From Clostridia bacterium (GTDB lineage Bacteria; Bacillota; Clostridia; Acetivibrionales; STF1-152): DNA of 64,000 nt. Positions 10,171-18,775 of this stretch are shown here, piece after piece. Position 1 is the stretch's first letter, and every line of letters starts with the position of its first letter. The DNA is taken from contig JANQLN010000010.1 of the NCBI GenBank assembly GCA_028280575.1, positions 18,933 to 82,932 on the forward strand. Direction: 5' to 3'. A program made the translations under genes and the position numbers. The notes beneath the pieces are model-generated. The model was not told where the DNA came from, ran no database searches, and was given only the letters and a program-made list of their open reading frames with translations.

Positions 10171-11433
10171 TCAAGGGAAAACCCCGCGTAATTTTTTGGC
10201 ATTTACAATTCTTTCAAGTGCAACCATATATGCTCCTGTCCTCATATTAGTGCTGCTTTTTTCACAGCAGTCCCAGACCTCATTGAATGCCCTGATCATG
10301 ATTTTTTCTAATGTCCTGTTTACTTCATCCTCATCCCAGGTAAGAGATTGTATATTCTGTACCCATTCAAAATATGATACTACAACACCTCCTGCATTGG
10401 CGAGTATGTCAGGGACTATCGTTTTTTCATTTTTAAGCAGTATTTTATCAGCATTGGAAGTAGTTGGCCCATTTGCACCTTCAACAATTATTTTTGCCTT
10501 GACGTCCGCTGCAATTTCTGATGTTATCTGATTTTCCAATGCTGCCGGTATCAGCACATCCACCCGGCAAGTCAAAAGCTCGGTATTGGATATATGTGAA
10601 ACACCCCGGGCCTCATACTCGGCAAGAGTCTTTTGTTCGTTGTTTGAAATATATTCAGTTATTTCATTAATATCCAACCCGCTTTCACAAAACAAAGCCC
10701 CGGAAACATCACTTACGGCAATTATTTTACACCCTTCTCTATATAAAAGCCGGGCAGCGGTCCCTCCCACCTTGCCCATACCCTGTATAGCTACAGTTGT
10801 ACCTATTACAGGCATCCCAAGCCTATGCAGTATTTCCCTGGTCATAAACATTACTCCACGGCCGGTTGCTTCTCTTCTTCCCAATGACCCGCCTATTTCA
10901 ATAGGCTTTCCAGTAACCACTCCGCTTACGGTATACCCCTTGAACATACTGTAGGTGTCCATTATCCAGCCCATTATTTCAGCATCGGTACCAACATCAG
11001 GCGCCGGTATGTCTCTTTCCGGTCCTATCAAAGGAAGTATCATCGCCGTATATCTTCTGGTAAGGTTCTTAAGCTCATTTTTTGACAATTTTTTCGAATT
11101 AACTTTAACCGCACCCTTTCCGCCGCCATAAGGTATATTGACCAAAGCGCTTTTAAATGACATCCATACGGCAAGAGCCTTCACTTCATCCATGTCAACA
11201 TCCTGATGATATCTTATTCCGCCCTTGCAGGGACCCCTGGAACTTGAGTGCTGAACCCTGTAGCCTTCAAATACTTGAATAGAGCCGTCATCCATCTCCA
11301 CGGGAATTGAAACTTTCAATTCCCTTTCAGGATACTTGACCACTTCATAATCCTTTTTACTGAAGGACATCTTCTTTGCTGCCTCTTCAATAATTTCCAC
11401 TACTTCCTTGTAGGGATTGTATTCTTTAGCCAT
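10171..11433 (-). CDS. gdh: Glutamate dehydrogenase (Glu/Leu/Phe/Val dehydrogenase family)
   Basis: 420 aa with the active-site region CKGGIRYH...IPYGGGKGAV and a Rossmann motif AIQGMGKVGG. RBS AAGGAGG. The start is only 13 nt after the stop of the upstream NagA-like gene. Confidence 0.93.
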   Translation of the reverse strand: MAKEYNPYKEVVEIIEEAAKKMSFSKKDYEVVKYPERELKVSIPVEMDDGSIQVFEGYRVQHSSSRGPCKGGIRYHQDVDMDEVKALAVWMSFKSALVNIPYGGGKGAVKVNSKKLSKNELKNLTRRYTAMILPLIGPERDIPAPDVGTDAEIMGWIMDTYSMFKGYTVSGVVTGKPIEIGGSLGRREATGRGVMFMTREILHRLGMPVIGTTVAIQGMGKVGGTAARLLYREGCKIIAVSDVSGALFCESGLDINEITEYISNNEQKTLAEYEARGVSHISNTELLTCRVDVLIPAALENQITSEIAADVKAKIIVEGANGPTTSNADKILLKNEKTIVPDILANAGGVVVSYFEWVQNIQSLTWDEDEVNRTLEKIMIRAFNEVWDCCEKSSTNMRTGAYMVALERIVNAKKLRGVFP

Positions 11434-11446
11434 ACGGCATACCTCC

Positions 11447-12625
11447 TTAACACCTGAATTTTATTTGTCCGTTTACAACTGCCATCTTTATGTTAATATT
11501 TTTATCAAACAATACAATATCTGCATCCTTGCCCACTTCAATACTGCCTTTATTTTCGAGCTTCATTATTTTAGCAGGTGTTGAAGTAATCATTTTCACA
11601 ACGTCCATTAAAGAAATCCCCGCTTTACGGACCATTGTCCTTACAAGCCTGTCGGCAGTTGCTACGCTTCCTGCAAATGCCGACCTGTCCGGAAGCTTGG
11701 CTACTCCATCCTCAACTATTGCTTCCTGTCCGTCGTCAAGGCTTCCAATCCTTGTTTTGCCTTCCGGCATTCCTGCCGCTCTTATGGAATCAGTAACAAG
11801 TGCTATTTTATCGGCGCTCTTTATCTTATATATGAGTTTTAACAAGCTTGCCGGAAGATGCGCCCCATCAGCAATGATTTCCACTGTCATATCATCAATA
11901 AGATATGCACTTTCAACGACACCGGCATATCTGTATGCATTTATCCTTCTGACTGATGACATGCCCGAATAAAGGTGAGTGACATGAGTATAATTATTTT
12001 CGTATCCGTCAAGTACCTGTTCATATATTGCATTGGAATGGGCAATAGATACAACTATTCCTTTAGATGAAACATATTTGCCAAATTCCATTCCACCCGG
12101 AAGCTCAGGCGCCGCACTCCATCTTATTATATCATCGGACCAGTTTAAGATATCGCTGTATTCGTCATAATCCGGATTCCTGATATACCTGGGATCCTGC
12201 GCTCCCCTTTGTTCCATGGAAAAATAAGGTCCTTCAAGGTGAAGTCCGAGCAGGCTGGCTCCATTTGTATTTAATTTTTTTGCTTTTTTGAAAACTTCAA
12301 ATGTTTTTTTCAGCTCTTTATTCGTACTTGTCAAGGTAGTAGGCACCATTGAAGTCGTACCGTGCTTGATATGCATATTTGCGGCGCCAAGATAGGCCTC
12401 CGCGGTACCGTCCATGAAATCATGACCACCCCCGCCGTGGGTATGGATATCAATAAAACCCGGAGACAAATACATATTTTCCGCATTGATTGGATAATAA
12501 TCCTCTGCCGCTATATCTCCTTTTCCTATGCTTGCAATTTTACCATTGTCAACCAGCACATAGCCGTCATTTATAATCCTGTAAGGGGTTAATACCGCTG
12601 CATTATAAAACTTCAATCTCTCCAT
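11447..12625 (-). CDS. N-acetyl-hexosamine(-6-phosphate) deacetylase, NagA-family amidohydrolase
   Basis: NagA-type motifs are present: GFIDIHTHGGGGHDF, LHLEGPYF, SIAHSNA, HLYSGMS, LVTDSIRAAG. The track start GTG at 12634 abuts the SD, so I use the ATG at 12625 (MERLKFYN...), with GGAG 8 nt upstream. Confidence 0.8.
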   Translation of the reverse strand: MERLKFYNAAVLTPYRIINDGYVLVDNGKIASIGKGDIAAEDYYPINAENMYLSPGFIDIHTHGGGGHDFMDGTAEAYLGAANMHIKHGTTSMVPTTLTSTNKELKKTFEVFKKAKKLNTNGASLLGLHLEGPYFSMEQRGAQDPRYIRNPDYDEYSDILNWSDDIIRWSAAPELPGGMEFGKYVSSKGIVVSIAHSNAIYEQVLDGYENNYTHVTHLYSGMSSVRRINAYRYAGVVESAYLIDDMTVEIIADGAHLPASLLKLIYKIKSADKIALVTDSIRAAGMPEGKTRIGSLDDGQEAIVEDGVAKLPDRSAFAGSVATADRLVRTMVRKAGISLMDVVKMITSTPAKIMKLENKGSIEVGKDADIVLFDKNINIKMAVVNGQIKFRC

Positions 12626-12666
12626 GTTCCACACTCCAATCGGTTAACAGGGTGCAAATACTAATA

Positions 12667-14070
12667 TCAATTGCTTTCAGCCGCTTCTTCTATGGCCTCT
12701 CCCAGTACTTCCAGTCCTTCCAGCAAAGCATCTTCGGTAATAACCAGCGGAGGGCACACTTTTATTGTTGCACCAGAACCTACAGGTGCAAAAAGCATAA
12801 CTCCTTTTTCTATACATTTTTTGACTATCTCATGTGCAAGATCAGTGTCAATATCCTTTGTCCCATTCTTTACAAATACCAATCCCCACACAAGTCCTCT
12901 GCCCTGCAGGCTTCCAATTATATCCGGATACTTTTTCTTTAACCGGCCAAAATATTCTTTGCATACGCCACCCAGTTTACAGGAATTCTCTATAAGCTTG
13001 TTTTCAAATATGTATTTTATATTAGCCAGAGCTGCGGCGGCACATACCGGATTCCCCGTATGTGTGCTTGTCATTTGGTTGGGTCCGTACAAATTCATAA
13101 CGTCCGGGCGGCCAATAACAGCCGATATAGGTAGTGAGCTGCTTATACCCTTTCCGCAGCAAACCAGGTCGGGCACTATACCATAATGCTGGAATGAAAA
13201 CAGTTTTCCCGATCTGCCAAAACCGGCTTGTACCTCGTCAAAAACAAGCAGTATGTCATATTGGTTACAAAATTCCCTCAGTATCCGGGCATACCCTGGA
13301 GGCATCATCTGAACCCAACCTCCCTGGAAGGTTTCAGGCATAATCCCTGCAATCTCACCAGGTTTAATATTTTGCTCATTAAGATGATCTAAAAACATGT
13401 TAAAACACTTTTCATCGGAATAATTTTCAAGCTGTTCGTCAGCCCATGAATATTTAAAAGCATTGGGAAACGGAACCTGCTGCATATCAGGGTCTAAGTT
13501 TACTATCCATTCCTTGGCTTTTTCCGAACCGCCGGCCATTTGTGCTCCCATTGTCCTTCCATGAAAATCATCTTCAAAAGTGATGATTTTTATTTTTTTG
13601 CTTCCGCCGGCTTTTTTACCATATGTCCTGCATAATTTAATAGCACATTCGACAGATTCCGCTCCTGTTGTGAGCAGAAAAACTTTTTTAAGGGGTTCGG
13701 GGCATATCTCTGACAGCTTTTTTACCAGTTCTGCCCTTATTTCACTGGGAAAACAGTAGTTGTGCAGCAACCCCCTGCTGACCTGGTTGATTATTGCTTT
13801 GCTTATAGCTTTATTTCCATGACCTGCATTGGCAACCAGCACTCCTGAACTGAAATCTATCCATTTATTTCCATGTTTGTCGGATACATTAAAGTCTTTG
13901 CCTTTGTTCCATACAACAAGAGGCTGACCGGACATTGATAAAGGCTCGTACTCTCTTAACTGTTTCACTGTCTCAAGGGATTCAAGTACAGGTATCTCTG
14001 TTTTAATCTCCCTGTTTTTTGTCTTAACCTTTTCAACCTTCCTTGATACCAAATCAAAACTTTTTGCCAT
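12667..14070 (-). CDS. Class-III (omega/GABA-type) PLP-dependent aminotransferase
   Basis: 467 aa with the pattern TGAESVECAIKL...FHGRT...LLVFDEVQAGFGRSGKLFSFQHYGIVPDLVCCGKGISSSLP, which is the class-III fold with its Schiff-base Lys. RBS GGGAGG. Confidence 0.85.
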   Translation of the reverse strand: MAKSFDLVSRKVEKVKTKNREIKTEIPVLESLETVKQLREYEPLSMSGQPLVVWNKGKDFNVSDKHGNKWIDFSSGVLVANAGHGNKAISKAIINQVSRGLLHNYCFPSEIRAELVKKLSEICPEPLKKVFLLTTGAESVECAIKLCRTYGKKAGGSKKIKIITFEDDFHGRTMGAQMAGGSEKAKEWIVNLDPDMQQVPFPNAFKYSWADEQLENYSDEKCFNMFLDHLNEQNIKPGEIAGIMPETFQGGWVQMMPPGYARILREFCNQYDILLVFDEVQAGFGRSGKLFSFQHYGIVPDLVCCGKGISSSLPISAVIGRPDVMNLYGPNQMTSTHTGNPVCAAAALANIKYIFENKLIENSCKLGGVCKEYFGRLKKKYPDIIGSLQGRGLVWGLVFVKNGTKDIDTDLAHEIVKKCIEKGVMLFAPVGSGATIKVCPPLVITEDALLEGLEVLGEAIEEAAESN

Positions 14071-14244
14071 TCAAAAAACCTCCCATCATTACAAAAATTG
14101 TCAAACAGTATCTTTTAATCAAGCCTTACGATAGCCTATAAAGAGCATTTGCTCATGCTGCATTTTTTAACATTACAGTACAAATTGCTTATAAAATCAA
14201 GGCAGGCACGACAAGATGTTACATTAACTGTGAAAGCCGGCATT

Positions 14245-15453
14245 TTATTCAAAGCCTATATTCATATCTTCATCAAATACCACAAACCTGCCGCCGCTGT
14301 CAGCACTCATTCTTACCGCATTATTTACTGCAACCCCTATAAGGGCCTGTTTAGGCAGTCCTCTTGTTTCTTCCATTTGTGCTATTATCTTTTTCCTTGT
14401 TTGAAGGGCTTCATTTTCATTCATGTGAGACGTAAGCTCTATAATACGCTTTATGTCATTTATCCCCTGCACTATACTGTCATAACCATATCCTACATTA
14501 TCAGCTTCGCCGGGGAAATCCCAACTGTCATACTGTTTGAAGAAATTAGGATTATAATCCTCATATCCATTCTGGTCCGATACAAAATGAGTATTTCTGT
14601 CCTTGTGGTCGGCCCAATACTCTCCCATTGTGCCCAGCAGCATCATTCCCTGGTTGGTCATCGTACTGTTTTTTTCATTATTGACCCATGAGGTTTGAAT
14701 AAAAAATACGGAGCCGTCCTCCCACTCTATGGTAGCTTGAACAGCATCATATGCATCCTTGCCCCTTGCAGGCAAAAACTTCTTTTGCCCAAACGCTACA
14801 AGTCTTTTGGGTTTAAGGCCCGTAATAAAGTAGTAAACGTCTGCATAATGCACTCCAATATATTCAAATGGCGAGCTCTTTTCACACCAGTCCTTGAATA
14901 CATTTAATGCCATATATTTGGGTTCTTCAATCCACGCGTGCCCATGAAGCATTTCGCCCAGATGGCCTTTCCTGTATTTGTACCTGGCAGCTCTAACAGA
15001 CCTGTCATGCCTTTTGTGATAATCTGTCAGCACATAGATGCCTTTTTCATCAGCCGCCCTGATAATTCCACGTGCTTCTTCCACCTTAAGACAGAGCGGT
15101 TTTTCCACCACCACGTGCCTGCCGGCTTCTATTGCAGCCTTTATTACCGGTGTGTGCAGATGATCAGGCGTAGCAACTATTACCAGTCCATTTTCAGGCA
15201 GGTCCTTTATGGCTTCCTTGAACATTTCAGGATATTTTTTATCGGGTTTATACTTTTCCGGGTCCGGATATCCTTTAAAAGCAGGAAACATGCTCTGAAG
15301 TTCACTTATTATGCTTCCGGTCAGTGAGCTTATGGAAATATTGCCCACTCTACCGTACTTTTGCTCCTGGAATACCGTAGGCAAAACCACTTCACGGCTA
15401 ATCATTCCTCCGCCTACAACCAGTACATCCGTTTTTTTATCAAACTTACCCAT
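14245..15453 (-). CDS. Gfo/Idh/MocA-family NAD(P)-dependent oxidoreductase
   Basis: 402 aa with the N-terminal Rossmann motif VLVVGGGMISREV and the family EKP motif (HVVVEKPLCL), plus a C-terminal alpha/beta dimerisation region. RBS GGAGG. Confidence 0.8.
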   Translation of the reverse strand: MGKFDKKTDVLVVGGGMISREVVLPTVFQEQKYGRVGNISISSLTGSIISELQSMFPAFKGYPDPEKYKPDKKYPEMFKEAIKDLPENGLVIVATPDHLHTPVIKAAIEAGRHVVVEKPLCLKVEEARGIIRAADEKGIYVLTDYHKRHDRSVRAARYKYRKGHLGEMLHGHAWIEEPKYMALNVFKDWCEKSSPFEYIGVHYADVYYFITGLKPKRLVAFGQKKFLPARGKDAYDAVQATIEWEDGSVFFIQTSWVNNEKNSTMTNQGMMLLGTMGEYWADHKDRNTHFVSDQNGYEDYNPNFFKQYDSWDFPGEADNVGYGYDSIVQGINDIKRIIELTSHMNENEALQTRKKIIAQMEETRGLPKQALIGVAVNNAVRMSADSGGRFVVFDEDMNIGFE

Positions 15454-15595
15454 TTAACCGCCTCCATTCATCAATATTTATATGAAACAACTTTAAATCC
15501 TGTATTACGGCCTTTGAAGCACACAAAGTTTTTAGTCGGATTTCAAAGGTCATGATGCTTGGAATTATGAAGTTGCATCTGCTTTCAGAGCTCCT

Positions 15596-15615
15596 TACAG
15601 CAATCGATTGCTGTA
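15596..15615. promoter_or_regulatory. Perfect 20-bp palindromic LacI-family operator (O1)
   Basis: TACAGCAATCGATTGCTGTA is a perfect palindrome centred on CG and fits the LacI/CcpA-type pattern nGnAAnCGnTTnCn. It lies between the lacI-family gene stop (15645) and the oxidoreductase start (15453). Confidence 0.75.
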
Positions 15616-15644
15616 GTGATGCAAAGTATTAACTATACCGGCAC

Positions 15645-16694
15645 TCAAATCCTCAAATTGCGTACCGAATTCCTTATGACAAGTGATGGCTCCAGGCTTA
15701 TTGAGATGTCTTCACGCCTGGTTTCGTTCATACTGTCTATAAGTATCCTGCTTGCCAGCCTCCCTGTTTCTATGGAAGGCTGGTTTATAGTGGTCAAAGG
15801 AGGATTAATCATGGAGGATAGCTCCAGGTTGTCAAATCCTACAACCGATATATCTTCAGGTACCTTAAGCCCAAGATTTATAATACGCTGGACTATCCCA
15901 AAAGCTGTCATGTCGTTAACTGCAAAAACAGCCGTAGGACATTTTTCCAGCCTTAACAGCCTGTCAACCATACATTTGCCGTTTTCAAACTCATAGGTAG
16001 TGTTTTCAAATTCCTTTTCAATATCGGATATCATTAAATACTCATCCGTAAAAGCAATATTATTGCGGTAAAGTCCAAGCTTATAGCCTTCAAAAGCTTT
16101 AGACCTTGACTTTTTTGTAAAGGGGGAAGAAATAAATGCAATGTCTCTATGGCCCATTTCTACCAGATAATCAATAGCCATCATTCCGCCTTTCACATAG
16201 TCAAAGCCTATTTTGTTGCACTTTAAATCTCCCGAATCATTATCCAGAACAACCAGCTTCACACCGGATTGCTGTATCTCCTCCAAAAAAACATAGTCTT
16301 CATTAACAGAAGAAAGTATAATTCCTCCTATCTGTTTTTGGCACAATGACTGTATGTATTTTCTTTCGGTTTCAAAATCCCTGAAAGAGTTGCACAGCAG
16401 TATATTATATCCCCTTTTTCTGGCTTCCTGCTCAATTCCCAATACCAACTGGGGGAAAAAAGGATTTGATATATTCGGGACTATAACCCCAATATCCCTG
16501 CTCTCATTCTTTTTCAGCATCCTGCCGATAATATTGGGAGAATAATTAAGCTCTTTTGCTGCCTCCAGTATTTTATTGCGCAGCTCATCTTTAACCGGAT
16601 ACCCGCTATTGCTAAGCACCCGTGAAACTGTTGCGGCGGAAGTCCCTACTTCCTTTGCTATATCATAAATTGTAGTTTTTTTCTTCTTTTCCAT
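15645..16694 (-). CDS. LacI-family transcriptional regulator
   Basis: 349 aa with the N-terminal HTH TIYDIAKEVGTSAATVSRVLSN followed by a periplasmic-binding-protein-like sugar-binding core. Confidence 0.92.
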   Translation of the reverse strand: MEKKKKTTIYDIAKEVGTSAATVSRVLSNSGYPVKDELRNKILEAAKELNYSPNIIGRMLKKNESRDIGVIVPNISNPFFPQLVLGIEQEARKRGYNILLCNSFRDFETERKYIQSLCQKQIGGIILSSVNEDYVFLEEIQQSGVKLVVLDNDSGDLKCNKIGFDYVKGGMMAIDYLVEMGHRDIAFISSPFTKKSRSKAFEGYKLGLYRNNIAFTDEYLMISDIEKEFENTTYEFENGKCMVDRLLRLEKCPTAVFAVNDMTAFGIVQRIINLGLKVPEDISVVGFDNLELSSMINPPLTTINQPSIETGRLASRILIDSMNETRREDISISLEPSLVIRNSVRNLRI

Positions 16695-16716
16695 AATAGC
16701 ATATGTCCTTAATATT

Positions 16717-16736
16717 TATAGCAATCGATTTCTATT
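16717..16736. promoter_or_regulatory. Second LacI-family operator (O2), overlapping the regulator's own -10
   Basis: TATAGCAATCGATTTCTATT shares the core AGCAATCGATT with O1, and I count 16 of 20 positions identical to O1. It overlaps the -10 hexamer of the promoter below. Confidence 0.6.
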
Positions 16737-16762
16737 ATACAACATACTTTATATTAATTCAA
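16734..16762 (-). promoter_or_regulatory. Putative sigma-A promoter of the LacI-family gene
   Basis: The minus strand reads TTGAAT (16762..16757), a 17-nt spacer, then TATAAT (16739..16734), about 40 nt upstream of the ATG at 16694. Confidence 0.6.
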
Positions 16763-16848
16763 GTACATTTTTTAAAAAGCTTACCCTTAAATTACAAATG
16801 AGAACAATAGAACTCGAAAAAATCTGCGCACTGAGGAGGTGTCTTAAG

Positions 16849-16992
16849 TCATTTATTGCCAACACCTGCAGGGGTGCTGCGGTATTCCATTGCAACATCC
16901 TTAATTTTATGGCTCCTGACCCGTTGAGTCAGCCAAAATCCGTTCCCTGCAGGATCCTCTATATCTGCAAGCTTAAATCTCCAATTCCTGAA
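16849..16992 (-). pseudogene. Possible remnant of a VOC/glyoxalase-family gene (C-terminal fragment, no start, upstream stop)
   Basis: My minus-strand translation gives FRNWRFKLADIEDPAGNGFWLTQRVRSHKIKDVAMEYRSTPAGVGNK*. The block ...KLADIEDPAGNGFWLTQ resembles the terminal DPdGN-x-hydrophobic strand of VOC proteins. The frame is closed by TGA just upstream and there is no start or RBS. Confidence 0.3.
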
Positions 16993-17055
16993 TCAAAACT
17001 TTTTCTCAATGCATTTCCCTCCTCATTGATCCTACTGCCTGTTCAATCTGCCTGG

Positions 17056-18525
17056 CTATCTGCTATCAAGGGTATGAGGCACTACATCACAGGTTTCCAT
17101 ATAGAATCTCAAAAGTCGTTCTCTCATCTCAATTAATACATCCTTTAGCGCCGGGTCCTCAATTTTGTTATGCAACTCCATAGGATCTTTTTTCAAATCG
17201 TAAAGTTCATCGGTTTCGTATAATCGCATCACATACTTATATTCTTTCGTACGCACCATTGTCGCCTTTGTGTGTTCAGGCCCTTCGCTGGTCTGCAAGC
17301 TCATACGCGGCCAATAAATCATTTCCGGGCTTCTGCTGCCCTTTGATTCTTTCTCCATACAGTGTTTTTCTTCTTGCAGCCTGCCTCCTTCGGCAAAAAC
17401 AGCATCCCTGTGTTCATCTTTTTCCCCCTTCACAATGGGCAAAACCGATCGTCCAAAATGTGTATGCTTCGGTTCAATCGAAGCCAAAGCTTCAACCGTA
17501 GCGGGAAAATCAATCAGCTCAATCAATGCATCGTTGATATGGGGTTTTACACCTACATCGCCGGGAGGCTTTACAATAAACGGTACATTTATCAAACAAT
17601 CCTCAAAAGTATTCTGTGTCTTTTCTACAAGCCCGTAATCCCCGGTAAAATCCCCATGATCACTTAATACAAAAATGGCCGTATCGTCATATAGCCCTTC
17701 TTCTTTCAGCGCATCGACCAAAAGCCCAAACTGGTAATCAATTCTCGAACACATGCCGTAATAGACCGCTCTCAATTCAGTCCACTTGTTCTCCGTCCAT
17801 GTACAGAGGTTTTGTCTTCCGTAAAGACCTCTAACCATACTGGGCTTCATATCCCAATTTTCAGGAGTAGGAATCCTGTCGGGCACTTTATCCCTTTCTA
17901 TTTGACTATACCAAGGATCTTCAACGGCGTAGTGAGGATGGGGATAAGTAAGGGACAAAAACATGCAGAAAGGCTTATCCTTTGACCCGGTATGGATAAA
18001 ATCAACGGCCTTTCTTATGATATTCCAGTCAGACCCGCCTTCAGGACCATCCCATTCATTTTCTATTTTACCTTTAAAAAATGAATAGTAATTCTCTCCG
18101 CCCATCTCCCCCCGCCAAGATTGTTCAACCTTTACATTGGTCGGCTGAAAATTTGACTGCTTCGGTATTCTGACATCACAATACAAATCCATTTTATCTT
18201 TATCTGCGACCAAATCGTTCTTACCCGCCCACCAAACGTAATAGCCTAATTCCTTCAGGCTCCTTAACAATACCGGCTCTCCTGCACGCATCAAGTGATG
18301 CATGATCCGGTGTCCTCTAACATGGGGATACCAGCCGCTCATAAAGCTGCAGCGGCTGGGTGTGCACACGGGATTCTGGCAAAATGCATTCCGAAACGAT
18401 ACACCATCTTCCTCACATATTTTATCCAAATTCGGTGTAACCGCTGCCGGGTTTCCTAAATGACCCAAGCTATCCGCCCTGAATTGATCCGGATTAAATA
18501 TGACAATATTAGGTTTTTTTTTCAT
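17056..18525 (-). CDS. Sulfatase (formylglycine-dependent, Cys-type), no signal peptide
   Basis: 489 aa. It has the N-terminal metal-site segment PNIVIFNPDQFRAD and the sulfatase signature CTPSRCSFMSG (C-x-P-x-R). There is no hydrophobic leader, so it is predicted cytoplasmic. Confidence 0.88.
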   Translation of the reverse strand: MKKKPNIVIFNPDQFRADSLGHLGNPAAVTPNLDKICEEDGVSFRNAFCQNPVCTPSRCSFMSGWYPHVRGHRIMHHLMRAGEPVLLRSLKELGYYVWWAGKNDLVADKDKMDLYCDVRIPKQSNFQPTNVKVEQSWRGEMGGENYYSFFKGKIENEWDGPEGGSDWNIIRKAVDFIHTGSKDKPFCMFLSLTYPHPHYAVEDPWYSQIERDKVPDRIPTPENWDMKPSMVRGLYGRQNLCTWTENKWTELRAVYYGMCSRIDYQFGLLVDALKEEGLYDDTAIFVLSDHGDFTGDYGLVEKTQNTFEDCLINVPFIVKPPGDVGVKPHINDALIELIDFPATVEALASIEPKHTHFGRSVLPIVKGEKDEHRDAVFAEGGRLQEEKHCMEKESKGSRSPEMIYWPRMSLQTSEGPEHTKATMVRTKEYKYVMRLYETDELYDLKKDPMELHNKIEDPALKDVLIEMRERLLRFYMETCDVVPHTLDSR

Positions 18526-18775
18526 TCTACAATCATCCTTTAATCATAATAATTTTGTACTTATCTATTGCAGACGATACACCGTAACTTTTCAATCCTT
18601 AAACAGGAATGTTTCAAAAAACATTTCGTCTAGTACCTTGAGTCAATGATATCATAAATTCTATTTCTTTGAAACTGCTTTTGATCGAAGCAATTTGCAT
18701 CTTAATCAGTTTCAATTAAGGAGCATACTAATGATACGGAAACAAAAATATTCCAGCATGAAAAAAACCAATCGG

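Noticed and set aside
16798-17136. 112-aa plus-strand ORF in the gap between the LacI gene and the sulfatase gene.
   Set aside because: It has no RBS, overlaps the 3' end of the sulfatase gene antisense, and its sequence has no recognisable features. The region is better explained by a minus-strand gene remnant.
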